A program made the position numbers and the translations under genes. From positions 1 through 64,000 of IMG/VR virus record IMGVR_UViG_3300023110_001575: a stretch of 64,000 bases of DNA; one strand, given 5' to 3'. Of this stretch, positions 47,870-58,540 are shown piece after piece (position 1 is the stretch's first letter; every line of letters starts with the position of its first letter). The notes beneath the pieces were generated by a model that did not search any database, had not been told where the DNA came from, and worked only from the letters and a program-made list of their open reading frames with translations. The DNA comes from an uncultured virus (IMG/VR IMGVR_UViG_3300023110_001575). Its lineage: Duplodnaviria > Heunggongvirae > Uroviricota > Caudoviricetes.

Positions 47870-48797
47870 AATACTAGACTATGACATTATCTATCTTAGT
47901 TATGACGAACCTAATGCTGAAAAAAACTATGCAGATTTGTGTAGGAAAATTCCTTGGGCTAAACGTGTACACGGTGTAGACGGAAGTGATGCAGCACACA
48001 AAGCATGTGCAGAACTTTCAGAGACGGATAGATTTATTACTATCGATGGCGATAATATTATTGATTCTGAGTTTCTTACAAAAGAATATGATTTAGAAAC
48101 ACACGAAGACATGCACTGGAATCGTGATATAAAGTTTGAAGACTGTGTAGTAAGTTGGAGTGCTAGAAATACAATTAACGGACTAATGTACGGTAACGGC
48201 GGTATTAAATGCTGGCCTAAAGATAAAGTGTTAAACATGCGTACACACGAAAATGCAGATCCTAATAATGCACATGCTCAAGTTGATTTTTGTTGGGACT
48301 TAGAATATATTCAAATGAATGCGTGTTATAGCGAAATTATGAATAATGCTACTCCGCAGCAAGCATGGCGTGCTGGATTTAGAGAAGGTGTCAAAATGGC
48401 ACTTGACAGAGGTATGAAACCTACTTTGAATGATTTTAAACGTAATCATTGGAAGAACTTGCATCGTTTGTATATTTGGCTAATGATAGGCGCTGATGTA
48501 GAAAATGGTAAATGGGCTATTTACGGCGCAAGAGAAGGTCTTTATAAAACAATGTGTACGGATTGGGACTTTGTAAATGTTCGTGATTTTAAATGGTTAA
48601 ATGAATATTGGGCAAATGAAGTTGAATCTAAAGTATCTTTAGAAGGACTTGAAGATTCAATTGAGGAATATGGTATTAAACTAATTAACGAACTCGATTT
48701 ACCTATTGCTGAAGAATGCTTAACTGCACAACAAAGTAATTTTTTCAAAACAGTATATCAAAATCCGGGTAGAACTGCTGGACAACAATTTATATGA
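47856..48797 (+). CDS. Putative glycosyltransferase-like (GT-A) protein
   Basis: DIIYLSYDEPNAE...RVHGVDGSDAAHKACA...FITIDGDN (DxD-like), YGNGGIKCW and AWRAGFREGVKM. Confidence 0.55.
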   Translation: MSKFKILDYDIIYLSYDEPNAEKNYADLCRKIPWAKRVHGVDGSDAAHKACAELSETDRFITIDGDNIIDSEFLTKEYDLETHEDMHWNRDIKFEDCVVSWSARNTINGLMYGNGGIKCWPKDKVLNMRTHENADPNNAHAQVDFCWDLEYIQMNACYSEIMNNATPQQAWRAGFREGVKMALDRGMKPTLNDFKRNHWKNLHRLYIWLMIGADVENGKWAIYGAREGLYKTMCTDWDFVNVRDFKWLNEYWANEVESKVSLEGLEDSIEEYGIKLINELDLPIAEECLTAQQSNFFKTVYQNPGRTAGQQFI

Positions 48798-50176
48798 AAT
48801 CAGAAACAGATAGAATTAAAGAAGCCGCTAGTATAATGGAGGATGTAAGTCCGACATTCTGTTTGGCTAAGTGGCATCATACTACAATTTATTTACACAC
48901 AGGTGATACACACAGTTGCTATCATCCGTCGCCGCATAAGATTGATTTAGAAGAAATTAAAAACAATCCTAGTGCATTGCACAATACACTTACAAAGAAA
49001 AAAGAACGTGCAAAAATGCTTGTAGGTGAAAAACCTAAAGGCTGTACCTATTGCTGGAATGTCGAAACACTAGGAGATGATCATATTTCTGATAGAAACA
49101 TTCGTAATGAAAGTATTTACAAGCCTGAGCGATTACAAGAAATTGTAGATTCGCCTTGGGATTTTGACGTAAATCCAGAATATATCGAAATTGCATTTAG
49201 TAATGAATGCAATTTTAAATGTGGATATTGTTCACCTATGGCAAGTAGTAGCTTTTATAACGAAGTCAAAAAACATGGTCCGTATGATATGGTTAAAAAT
49301 CATCGATGCGATGTTGATTGGTTTCAGCCTATGGAAGAAGGGTCAAATCCTTACGTAGATGCATGGTGGAAATGGTGGCCTGAAGTAAGTAAGACACTAA
49401 ACATTTTACGCATTACAGGCGGTGAGCCTCTTATGCATAAAAGCACATGGCGTATATTTGACGAACTTAAAGAAAATCCACGTCCTCATATTGAACTTAA
49501 CCTCAATAGTAACATGGGTTTAAGTCCACGCATTGTGTCTAAGTTTGCCGATAATGTAAAAGAACTTTTAGAAGGTAACAAAATTAAAAAGTTTAAAGTA
49601 TATTCTAGTATAGATACATTTGATAATCGTGCAGAATATCTTCGCACAGGTTTAGATGTAAATCTTTGGGAAAGTAATATGAAAAACTTTTTAAATATTA
49701 CTGGCTCCGATTTAACAATCATGTGTACGTTTAATATTCTTAGTGTTACAAGTTTTAATTTATTCCTACAAAAAGTTTTAGATTGGCGTAAAGAATTTTA
49801 TGATCCTAAGCGTAGACGTATTAGATTTGATACACCTTATCTAAAAGAACCGTTACAATATGATATGCATATTTTACCTAAGGATGAATTTTTGCCTTAC
49901 ATGGATAAAATTTTACAATTTATTAATGACAATAGAGACGACAAAGACACTACGAAATTTAGTGATTTAGAATATGAACGTTTTCGTAGAGTAAGAAATT
50001 ATTTTGCAAATGTTAACTATGACGAACCGAGAGTAAAAGAAGGCAGAGCAGATTTTTACAATTGGTTTAATGAATATGATGTTAGAAGAAACGTTAATTT
50101 TTTAGAAACATTTCCTGAGATGGAAGGGTTTTATAATTTATGTAAGCAAACTAAGGATGAACTAGAAGTTGTCTAA
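48794..50176 (+). CDS. Radical SAM protein with N-terminal Cys-rich auxiliary cluster region
   Basis: CNFKCGYC (CxxxCxxC) and ITGGEPLM, plus N-terminal C.AKW...SCYHP...GCTYCW. Confidence 0.9.
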   Translation: MKSETDRIKEAASIMEDVSPTFCLAKWHHTTIYLHTGDTHSCYHPSPHKIDLEEIKNNPSALHNTLTKKKERAKMLVGEKPKGCTYCWNVETLGDDHISDRNIRNESIYKPERLQEIVDSPWDFDVNPEYIEIAFSNECNFKCGYCSPMASSSFYNEVKKHGPYDMVKNHRCDVDWFQPMEEGSNPYVDAWWKWWPEVSKTLNILRITGGEPLMHKSTWRIFDELKENPRPHIELNLNSNMGLSPRIVSKFADNVKELLEGNKIKKFKVYSSIDTFDNRAEYLRTGLDVNLWESNMKNFLNITGSDLTIMCTFNILSVTSFNLFLQKVLDWRKEFYDPKRRRIRFDTPYLKEPLQYDMHILPKDEFLPYMDKILQFINDNRDDKDTTKFSDLEYERFRRVRNYFANVNYDEPRVKEGRADFYNWFNEYDVRRNVNFLETFPEMEGFYNLCKQTKDELEVV

Positions 50177-51011
50177 TTTGTTTTGTTACGGGTGCAGTTT
50201 TACAAATTACAGTTGGCCTATGTATCCTGAATACTTGGCACAGGAGTTTGATAAAACATTTAATTGTGGATTATCTGGTTTAGGTAATTTTGCAATATAT
50301 CATAGATTACTAGGCACTGTTTTAGAAAACAAAATTAAAGAAAATGATACTGTAATTGTTCAGTGGTCAGAGCCATCAAGGCATGATTACCTTGACAAAG
50401 AAGAAGAATGGTCTAATATTGGCGGCGGCTTAGCCTTAGAACTAACTGCAAAAAGATTAGATCATATTATATCTCATAGTTCGTCTTACGTTAAAACTTT
50501 GACATATATGTTTCATACAGTTAACTTACTTGAATCTTTAAAAGTTAACTGGACTTTTCTTTTTCTTACACCAGATGCAATGGCACACCTAAGTATTCAA
50601 AGAGGTAAACATATAGATTTAGCAGGACATCAAAAACGCATAGCACAAAATATGACGAACAAAGTTAACAAGTATCGTCATAAGTTTATCGAGTTACCAT
50701 TAATGCATCACTTTAATCATAAAGATCCTGTGTTTATGACAAATCATGGTGGCAATTGGTGGGATGACCATCCTAGACCTAAATCAACATATAAATTTGT
50801 AAAGGAAGTTTTAGCACCAAAATTACAAATTAATACTAATAATATAACTAGTTACAACAAATATGTTTGTAACAGAATATTTGTACCTGTAAAAGAAAGA
50901 ACATACAATCAAGAATTTATGATTGAAGCAATGCGTGAGTTACCTGACAATCTCAAGTATAGTTATGATATAAGTGAATTAATAAATGAAACAATTGATA
51001 TGGGCATATAA
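50169..51011 (+). CDS. SGNH/GDSL hydrolase-like protein (acyl transferase or esterase)
   Basis: YGCSFT block I, G.GN block II, VQWS and C-terminal DDHP. TTG start. Confidence 0.65.
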   Translation: MSNLFCYGCSFTNYSWPMYPEYLAQEFDKTFNCGLSGLGNFAIYHRLLGTVLENKIKENDTVIVQWSEPSRHDYLDKEEEWSNIGGGLALELTAKRLDHIISHSSSYVKTLTYMFHTVNLLESLKVNWTFLFLTPDAMAHLSIQRGKHIDLAGHQKRIAQNMTNKVNKYRHKFIELPLMHHFNHKDPVFMTNHGGNWWDDHPRPKSTYKFVKEVLAPKLQINTNNITSYNKYVCNRIFVPVKERTYNQEFMIEAMRELPDNLKYSYDISELINETIDMGI

Positions 51012-52293
51012 TTGGATTGGGCCACTAGGTCCTTTAAATAACCATAAGATACCAGATGTATATGATCTGGCTAAGCGCATTGACGACATTGATGTTAAGT
51101 TTAGCGATGCAACAATGGAGCATGATCCTGCTGTTATGGAGATAGGAAATTTTGTACCTTGCAAAATTATTCCATCTTCCGAGATAAAAGATATAGGGGA
51201 TAGCAAATTTTTCTATGAAGTTATTTTAAGTCCTAACTTAAATTACATGTCTATCACAATGGATATGTTTTGCGGATTTTTACAAAGAACGCCTATTCCT
51301 GGCGAGGTTTGGGATAAAATTTACAATGGTAACGGATATCTATTTGTAAACTGTAGATATGAAAGTTTTGTTACGCATAGAGATTTTCAAACATTACATG
51401 ATTATTTTAATAGTCAAGGTGTGCCCTTGAACAAAGTTATCTATGCAACAAACTGTGCAAATATACAAACTATTTACGACAAGTACTGTTTACAAGCAGG
51501 TGTAGGCGAAGATAAATTAAATGTCGAATATATGGGTTTGTATATACAAATTACAAAAGACATTTTACGTGATGAAGTTTATGAAAGTCGTGTTGACTTG
51601 GGCAAACAAGATAGATTGTTTTTAAATTTTAACAGACGTAGTCATGAACATCGTATGTTGCTGTTATTGCAAATGATTAAAAATGATATGCTAGATGACT
51701 GTCATATGAGTTTTGACAGACATGGAGGTGTTAATAGACCATTTGAACATTTTATATACGATTTTGAGAGAACTTCTTCAAAATATAATTTAGAATTTGA
51801 AAGAGAAGATTTTGAAAATTTATGGGACGATTTGCCTTTTGTGCTAGACAGTAAACATTTTGACAGATTTCCTGTAGAAGAACACTTAATGGATACTGCT
51901 GAATGGTATGATCGAACATATATTCATCTTGCAAGCGAAACAAATTTTGAAAATAATGTAATTCATTTGACAGAAAAAACAATGAAGCCAATTATATTCA
52001 AACAACCATTTATTATTGTTGGCCCTGCGTTTACACTTCAGTATCTTAAAAAATTAGGATTTAAAACTTTTGATGCTTGGTGGGACGAAAGTTATGATGA
52101 AACACTAAATGGGAAAGATAGAATGCAAGCAATTATAAAAGTATGTAAAGATATCAAGTCTTGGCCTAAACAAAAATTAAAACAGTTATATACACAAACA
52201 CATGAGATACGAGAATACAATATTCAACATTTTAAAAATTTAAAACCTGTAGAACTATTAGATCTTGTTGAAAAATATGGAGCAGACATATGA
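50986..52293 (+). CDS. GT-B fold glycosyltransferase-like protein (GT10-like C-terminal motif)
   Basis: FLNFNRR..HR and ASETNF...HLTEKTMKPIIFKQPFIIVG...LKKLGFKTF..WDESYD. Confidence 0.6.
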   Translation: MKQLIWAYNWIGPLGPLNNHKIPDVYDLAKRIDDIDVKFSDATMEHDPAVMEIGNFVPCKIIPSSEIKDIGDSKFFYEVILSPNLNYMSITMDMFCGFLQRTPIPGEVWDKIYNGNGYLFVNCRYESFVTHRDFQTLHDYFNSQGVPLNKVIYATNCANIQTIYDKYCLQAGVGEDKLNVEYMGLYIQITKDILRDEVYESRVDLGKQDRLFLNFNRRSHEHRMLLLLQMIKNDMLDDCHMSFDRHGGVNRPFEHFIYDFERTSSKYNLEFEREDFENLWDDLPFVLDSKHFDRFPVEEHLMDTAEWYDRTYIHLASETNFENNVIHLTEKTMKPIIFKQPFIIVGPAFTLQYLKKLGFKTFDAWWDESYDETLNGKDRMQAIIKVCKDIKSWPKQKLKQLYTQTHEIREYNIQHFKNLKPVELLDLVEKYGADI

Positions 52294-53258
52294 GTAAGGT
52301 ATTAGTATGCGGAGCCGGAGGATTCATTGGAGTTCATTTGGTAAGAAGTTTAAAAGCACAAGGACATTATGTAATTGGTGCAGATTTAGAGTATCCTGAA
52401 TTTAGCGAAACCGAATGTGATGAATTTCATATTGTAGATTTGCGAGAACAAGCAGATGTACGTAAATTAATTACAGAAGACATTTATGAAATATATCAAC
52501 TTGCTGCGGATATGGGAGGAGCAGGATATATTTTTACAGGCGATAATGATGCTGATATTATGCACAACTCTGCTATGATTAATCTTAACATTTTGAAAGA
52601 AATGGTTGTTAAAGGTGTAAAACGTATTTTTTATAGTTCAAGTGCTTGCATGTATCCTGAACACAATCAGATGGATCCTGATAATCCTTTGTGTAGCGAA
52701 GAAAGTGCGTATCCAGCAAATCCTGATTCTGAATATGGTTGGGAAAAATTATTCAGCGAACGCTTGTGTATGTCTTTTGAAAAGAATTATGGTATACGTG
52801 CAAGAATGTGTCGTTTTCATAATGTGTTTGGACCAGAAAGCACATGGACTGGAGGTAAAGAAAAATCTCCCGCAGCCTTATGTAGAAAAGTTGCAATGAG
52901 CGAAGACGAAACTGTAGAAATTTGGGGACCTGGCACACAAACAAGAAGTTTTCTTTATATCGATGAAGCTATTGAAGGCATTCATAGGATTATGGAAAGC
53001 GATTATAATCAGCCGTTAAATCTTGGCAGTGAACGTATGATTGCTATAAATGATTTAGCACACCTAATTGCGAGTGTTAACACTAACAAAAAACTGAGAA
53101 TTAATAATGTGCCAGGACCTGTTGGTGTTAATGGCAGAAACAGTCATAATAAACTTATTAAGGAAACCATTGGTTGGGCACCGCAAGACAATTTAGAATA
53201 TGGCTTGCAACAAACTTATCAATGGATACTACAACAAATTGAGAAACAAGAAAATTGA
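52290..53258 (+). CDS. NAD-dependent nucleotide-sugar epimerase, GDP-mannose 3,5-epimerase-like
   Basis: GAGGFIG, QLAADMGGAGYI, YSSSACMYP, YGWEK (YxxxK), GGKEKSPAALCRK and QTRSFLYID. Confidence 0.88.
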   Translation: MSKVLVCGAGGFIGVHLVRSLKAQGHYVIGADLEYPEFSETECDEFHIVDLREQADVRKLITEDIYEIYQLAADMGGAGYIFTGDNDADIMHNSAMINLNILKEMVVKGVKRIFYSSSACMYPEHNQMDPDNPLCSEESAYPANPDSEYGWEKLFSERLCMSFEKNYGIRARMCRFHNVFGPESTWTGGKEKSPAALCRKVAMSEDETVEIWGPGTQTRSFLYIDEAIEGIHRIMESDYNQPLNLGSERMIAINDLAHLIASVNTNKKLRINNVPGPVGVNGRNSHNKLIKETIGWAPQDNLEYGLQQTYQWILQQIEKQEN

Positions 53259-54484
53259 AACTTGCTGCATACTATCATGATAAAATAGGAAATATGCACG
53301 GTGTACAGCCGTACATTTTTGATACGTGGTTATATTCTCGAACACTGAAAAAAGCAGGTTTTGGTATAAAACAAATTAAAGATGGGTGGAACTGGCCTGG
53401 AATATATTTTGTAAGTGTTGCAGGTCATTCTAATGATTGGGGAACACATGACAATCATGTGTTAAACAATTTGCCCAGCGAAGTTGCTAATGCAGTTCGT
53501 AGAGGAAAAATTAAAATTGTAATTGATAATTCGTCTGAAGGTATGAATATGATATTTCCTGGATGTGATGGGTTTTATAATATGCACGAAATAATGGAAG
53601 AAAATGATTTTCATAAAAATAGTGTTATACTTATGGACGGCAATGCAGATTTCTCTACAAATTATTTAACATGGTGTAACAGAAATTGGGATATACCGTT
53701 GTTTGCACATGTTCATAGTTTTACGCATACCTTTTATTTCGATAATAGAATACCACAAAGCGCACTAGTTATAAATGCTATTAAAAATAAAGATTCCAAA
53801 GATTTCCTTAGCATGAATAGAAATACAAGACCATCAAGGCTGGAGCATTTATTTTGGTTGTTAGATACAGGTTATGTAAGCAAGGGACTTGTAAGTGGAA
53901 GTTTACCGCAAAAAGAACAAGTAGGTGCGCCTAGTAGAATTACACTACAGGATGACAATTTATGGAATAAAACCTTGCTCAAAGGTTTGCCTTTAGACAT
54001 AGATGGCGTAGATTGTAAAAGTGACCCTGACAAAGATGCCACTATTTTTAATCATGCCCTTTATGAAAATAGTTTGCTCAGTGTGGTTACAGAAACTGCA
54101 TTTGCAGAAGAAGGGATGTTTATTACAGAAAAAGTAATGAAACCCATTGCAGCAGGACATCCTTTTATGATATTAGGACAATTTAGAGTCTTAAAATATC
54201 TAAGAAGTTTAGGTTATAAAACTGACTTTGAAGGCATAGATCAAAGTTACGATGAGATTTTAAATCCTAACGAAAGATTCCAAGCATTTCATAAAAGTTT
54301 AGAAAATTGGATTAAATTGACAAGAGCACAAAAAGAAGATATAATTATGGAAAATCTAAATAAGATTACATATAATCAAAATTTATTTAGATCTACAAAT
54401 TATAATAGAGATACTGGATTGCGACTCATGACAACTGTTCAAAATCTTTTTAACAATAAATATACTATCAATGAAAAAAATTAG
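53255..54484 (+). CDS. GT10-like glycosyltransferase-like protein
   Basis: FLSMNR..RPSR and VVTETAF...FITEKVMKPIAAGHPFMILG...LRSLGYKTDF..IDQSYD. TTG start. Confidence 0.6.
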   Translation: MKLAAYYHDKIGNMHGVQPYIFDTWLYSRTLKKAGFGIKQIKDGWNWPGIYFVSVAGHSNDWGTHDNHVLNNLPSEVANAVRRGKIKIVIDNSSEGMNMIFPGCDGFYNMHEIMEENDFHKNSVILMDGNADFSTNYLTWCNRNWDIPLFAHVHSFTHTFYFDNRIPQSALVINAIKNKDSKDFLSMNRNTRPSRLEHLFWLLDTGYVSKGLVSGSLPQKEQVGAPSRITLQDDNLWNKTLLKGLPLDIDGVDCKSDPDKDATIFNHALYENSLLSVVTETAFAEEGMFITEKVMKPIAAGHPFMILGQFRVLKYLRSLGYKTDFEGIDQSYDEILNPNERFQAFHKSLENWIKLTRAQKEDIIMENLNKITYNQNLFRSTNYNRDTGLRLMTTVQNLFNNKYTINEKN

Positions 54485-56435
54485 TTTTGTAAATCCGAAT
54501 TTCCAGCAAGGACCTAAAGAGTTTAACGCTTATTACTTACCGTATAGTGTTGGCATACTTTGGTCTTATGTAAACCAGTTTGAATCTATTAATACCCAAT
54601 ATGAACTTGATGAGTTTGTATGGCGAAGAGATCCTATTGCTGAAACAGTTGAACTTTTAAAAGATAACACAGTAGTAGGCTTTTCTACATACATATGGAA
54701 CAAGCAATACAATAATGTTTTAGCCAGAGAATTAAAAAAAGCAAATCCAAATATTGTAATTTTATTTGGCGGACCTGAGCCGCCTATCGAAGACCCAAAC
54801 TTTTTTGAACGTTTTCCTTATATTGATGTTTGTGTAAAACAGGAAGGAGAAAGAAGTTTTAGAAAAATTCTTGAAGCATTAGACGATAGAGATTCTTGGT
54901 TAGATGTAAAAGGTTTAATTGTAAATGTAGATGGTGAAACTGTAGACACAGGTGCTCAACCAAGAATTAACGAATTAGATGAGATACCTAGTCCTTATCT
55001 AACTGGTGTGTTTGATAAACTTATGGTAAAGCATCCTGAAGTGACATGGAATGCTACACTGGAAACAAATCGAGGTTGTCCGTATGCTTGTACTTTTTGT
55101 GACTGGGGCAGTTTAACATATAATAAAGTTAAAAAGTTTAATTTAGAACGTGTGTTTGATGAATTAGAATGGATCGGTAAAACAGGTTGCGACTTTGTAA
55201 GTTTAACGGATGCAAACTTTGGTATTTTTGCAGAACGTGATAGTATGATTGCAGATAAACTTATTCAAGTGCAAAAAACATACGATAACCCAAAAGCATA
55301 TACTATTGCTTGGGCTAAAAATCAAAAGAAAGAAGTTGTAGATATTGTTAGAAAACTTATCTATGATGGCGGTGCAAAAATTGGATTGAATTTATCTGTA
55401 CAGTCAATGGATGAAAATGTTTTAGAAATTATCAAACGTAAAAATCTTGAAATGAATAAAATTGAACAAGTGTTTGATATGTGCGAAGAAAATAATATTC
55501 CGTTATATACAGAGTTAATTTTAGGGTTACCCGGAGAAACATTAGAAACATGGAAAGATAATTTTTATAGTCTATACAAAGCTGGTAACCATACAGGCGT
55601 TACAGTATATCAAGCACAGTTGCTTGAAAATGCAGAAATGAATCTTGTGCAAAAACAAGAATTCAAAATTGAAGGTAGAAAAGTTACTGACTATCTTGTT
55701 GGCGCTTATAACGAAGATGAACTTAAAGAAGGTATAGATATTGTTGTATCTACAAAAGACTTATCTTATGAAAAGATGCTAGATGCACAAGTGTTTAGTT
55801 GGTTTCAAAATACTTTCCATATCAACGGTATCACAAATTATATCAGTCGATTTTTATACAACTTTAGCAACATAGAATATAGTGAATTTTACGAAAAATT
55901 ATTTGACCATATAAGCCGAGATCCTTGGTTAAAAAGCGAAATTGATCGCATAAGAAAATACTATATTAACTGGGGTACTAACGGTAGAATTGATCACCCT
56001 AAAATTCAAGGTATTGAAATACACGGATGGAATCTTATCCACAGCACTATTATTAATTTACACAGTGAAGATAAAGCATCACATGTGTTTAGTGTTGTAA
56101 AAGATTTTATGCAAAAAGAATACGCACATTTTCCACAAGATGTAATGGACCAACTTATGGACTTCCAATCTAGTTACCTTATCGATTACAACAAAATTAA
56201 ATCTTACCCGCTCACAAAAGATTACGATTACGATTTTCTCGGATACATACATAGTGGGGAAGAATTGAATAATAAGAGTACTTTATTTTTTGATTTTCCT
56301 GAAAACCAAGATATGAGTTTACAACAATTTTGTGAACAGATATTTTTTGCAAGAAGAAGGAATTTTGGTAAAGCATGGGTGACCAAGAAAAAGTTGCACA
56401 CATTTACGCATGGCAATATGGAAATGCAGAACTAG
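54471..56435 (+). CDS. Cobalamin-dependent (class B) radical SAM enzyme, probable methyltransferase
   Basis: N-terminal B12-binding-like region (VGFSTYIWN, ILFGGPE, QEGE), ETNRGCPYACTFCDW, DANFG and ELILGLPGET. TAAATA at 54457. Confidence 0.88.
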   Translation: MKKISFVNPNFQQGPKEFNAYYLPYSVGILWSYVNQFESINTQYELDEFVWRRDPIAETVELLKDNTVVGFSTYIWNKQYNNVLARELKKANPNIVILFGGPEPPIEDPNFFERFPYIDVCVKQEGERSFRKILEALDDRDSWLDVKGLIVNVDGETVDTGAQPRINELDEIPSPYLTGVFDKLMVKHPEVTWNATLETNRGCPYACTFCDWGSLTYNKVKKFNLERVFDELEWIGKTGCDFVSLTDANFGIFAERDSMIADKLIQVQKTYDNPKAYTIAWAKNQKKEVVDIVRKLIYDGGAKIGLNLSVQSMDENVLEIIKRKNLEMNKIEQVFDMCEENNIPLYTELILGLPGETLETWKDNFYSLYKAGNHTGVTVYQAQLLENAEMNLVQKQEFKIEGRKVTDYLVGAYNEDELKEGIDIVVSTKDLSYEKMLDAQVFSWFQNTFHINGITNYISRFLYNFSNIEYSEFYEKLFDHISRDPWLKSEIDRIRKYYINWGTNGRIDHPKIQGIEIHGWNLIHSTIINLHSEDKASHVFSVVKDFMQKEYAHFPQDVMDQLMDFQSSYLIDYNKIKSYPLTKDYDYDFLGYIHSGEELNNKSTLFFDFPENQDMSLQQFCEQIFFARRRNFGKAWVTKKKLHTFTHGNMEMQN

Positions 56436-58540
56436 AAAATAAAATCTGTTCACGTGTATGGGATCATATTTATTTTTGGTGGTATCATGAATTTGAAATT
56501 GATCTTTCCCAAAAATCTGTAAAACACATAAACAAAAACAATATAAAATATACTGTTGTAACTTGCATTAACGATTTACCTTTACTTCAAAAAAGACTAC
56601 GAGTAATAGGCTTACGGCCACATGGCAGAGCAGATATTTGGCCTGAGTTCTTCATTGTAAGAGCACATCAAGAACTGTTGAATAACAACTTCTTGTATGA
56701 TGATTTAATATTACAAGACAAACATACTTGGGATATATGGAAGCATCCTTTCTTATCGATGAATGGTAGAGAGCGTCATCATAGAGATGTTTTCATTGAT
56801 GTTCTTGCTAGAGAAAATTTAATAGATAAAGGATTAATAACATACCATCAGACTCATCGGAATGATGATCCTACTCAGTATTTTAAGTATCATGATGGTA
56901 GTAGATTGACTACAAATGATAGGTTTACTGAAAAATTATGTAGTTTTGATTTTAATGATGACTTTATCTATAGTTTCCTACATATTCCTACCGAAAGTTA
57001 TACAGAAGGTATGACAATAACAGAAAAGACAGCCACACCTATGTTATGTAAACTTCCGTTCTTAACTGTCGGTAGTAGATATTTCCATTCTAAATTAATG
57101 GAAATGGGTTTCGAAATATATGATGAAGTTTTTGACTATAGTTTTGACAATTTAAAAACTGACGAAGAACGTATCGAAGGTATAGTTAAAAATATAAAAT
57201 ATGTTGTAGATAACAAACATAATTTGCAAGGTATGTATGACACACTAAAGCCTAAATTACAAAAAAATGTAGAACACATATTTGACAAATACATATCAAA
57301 GTTTGAACACGTGCCTTCCACTGTGCAAAATAGGATTTTGGAAATTACTGCACCAGGAGGTGTAATGGAAGGCGATGAAGGAGAACTTTTAACTTTAGCA
57401 AAAAGGTTTACTGATAGAAAAATCAAAGCCAAAGGTCTAAAAGAAAGAAGAGATTATCTTTGGTATAATTATTGGTGTTCACATGAAAATGGAGATGGTT
57501 TTAATTTTAGACAAATTTTAAAAGATCTTAAAACTGTAAAAACTGATAAAGTTGTAATAGATGGTAGCGCAGAATGGGAACCATGGTTTGATCCAGAATA
57601 TGTAGAATATGTGAATGCTAATCCTAATATAGAAACTATTGTGATTAGTGGTTGTGCAAAAAATTCTTATTATGAAAATAAATTAAAAACAAGCGGCATA
57701 AACAGAATTAGAAGTTTACACTGGTCGACTTTCTTTTTCCATTATTCTACAAAAACAATTCTTGATGCATACGAGGATTATAACACACCAAAAGATGTTA
57801 GAGAATATTGGAATATAGATGACACAACAACAAAATGGCCTTGGATTTGTTTGCAAAACAGAGCACATTTACATCGTTGTCATTTAATTGATAATATTAA
57901 AAAATATAATTTACAAGATGCAGGTTATGTAACATGGATCGATGGCGGCAAAGAAAGACCAGACTTTCCATACAAATACCATGATGGTAAACAAATGACG
58001 CTAGAAAATGATACTTTTAGTCTTGATATGGATTCATACAAATTACCTGAAGAATATTGGCATACACTATGTGATTTTGTATCTGAAGCATGTTGGGAAA
58101 CTATATTTGTTACTGAAAAAACAATATATCCTTTGTTAAGTAAAAAATTATTTTTGGTATGCGGAGCACAAGGATTTCACGAACATTTAGATAAACTTGG
58201 GTTTGTTAGATATGATGAAATATTCGACTACAGTTTTGATAAAGAAACAGACTTAGCAAAACGTGTAGCAATGTATACTGAAGAAATGAGAAAGTACAGT
58301 GAAAATACTTTTTCTACTATTAAGACACACATACAAGAATACAATGAGTTGTATCATAAAATTGAATATAACCACAAGCGTGTGTTTGAAATCTTAAAAA
58401 GAGATCCTTACATGCCTAAAGCAGTAAAATATCAATGGTCAAGAATTGATACTGAAATACAAGATCAAGCATTGCCGCCGTGGCAAAAGTTATATTTAGA
58501 ACTTAAAAAACAAGTGATACGTGCGAGAAAAGAATTATGA
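56375..58540 (+). CDS. Tandem two-domain GT10-like glycosyltransferase-like protein
   Basis: The motif block occurs twice: TESY...ITEKTATPML.KLPFL.VG...GFEIYDEVFDYSFD and SEAC...FVTEKTIYPLL.KKLFLVCG...GFVRYDEIFDYSFD. Confidence 0.6.
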   Translation: MGDQEKVAHIYAWQYGNAELENKICSRVWDHIYFWWYHEFEIDLSQKSVKHINKNNIKYTVVTCINDLPLLQKRLRVIGLRPHGRADIWPEFFIVRAHQELLNNNFLYDDLILQDKHTWDIWKHPFLSMNGRERHHRDVFIDVLARENLIDKGLITYHQTHRNDDPTQYFKYHDGSRLTTNDRFTEKLCSFDFNDDFIYSFLHIPTESYTEGMTITEKTATPMLCKLPFLTVGSRYFHSKLMEMGFEIYDEVFDYSFDNLKTDEERIEGIVKNIKYVVDNKHNLQGMYDTLKPKLQKNVEHIFDKYISKFEHVPSTVQNRILEITAPGGVMEGDEGELLTLAKRFTDRKIKAKGLKERRDYLWYNYWCSHENGDGFNFRQILKDLKTVKTDKVVIDGSAEWEPWFDPEYVEYVNANPNIETIVISGCAKNSYYENKLKTSGINRIRSLHWSTFFFHYSTKTILDAYEDYNTPKDVREYWNIDDTTTKWPWICLQNRAHLHRCHLIDNIKKYNLQDAGYVTWIDGGKERPDFPYKYHDGKQMTLENDTFSLDMDSYKLPEEYWHTLCDFVSEACWETIFVTEKTIYPLLSKKLFLVCGAQGFHEHLDKLGFVRYDEIFDYSFDKETDLAKRVAMYTEEMRKYSENTFSTIKTHIQEYNELYHKIEYNHKRVFEILKRDPYMPKAVKYQWSRIDTEIQDQALPPWQKLYLELKKQVIRARKEL

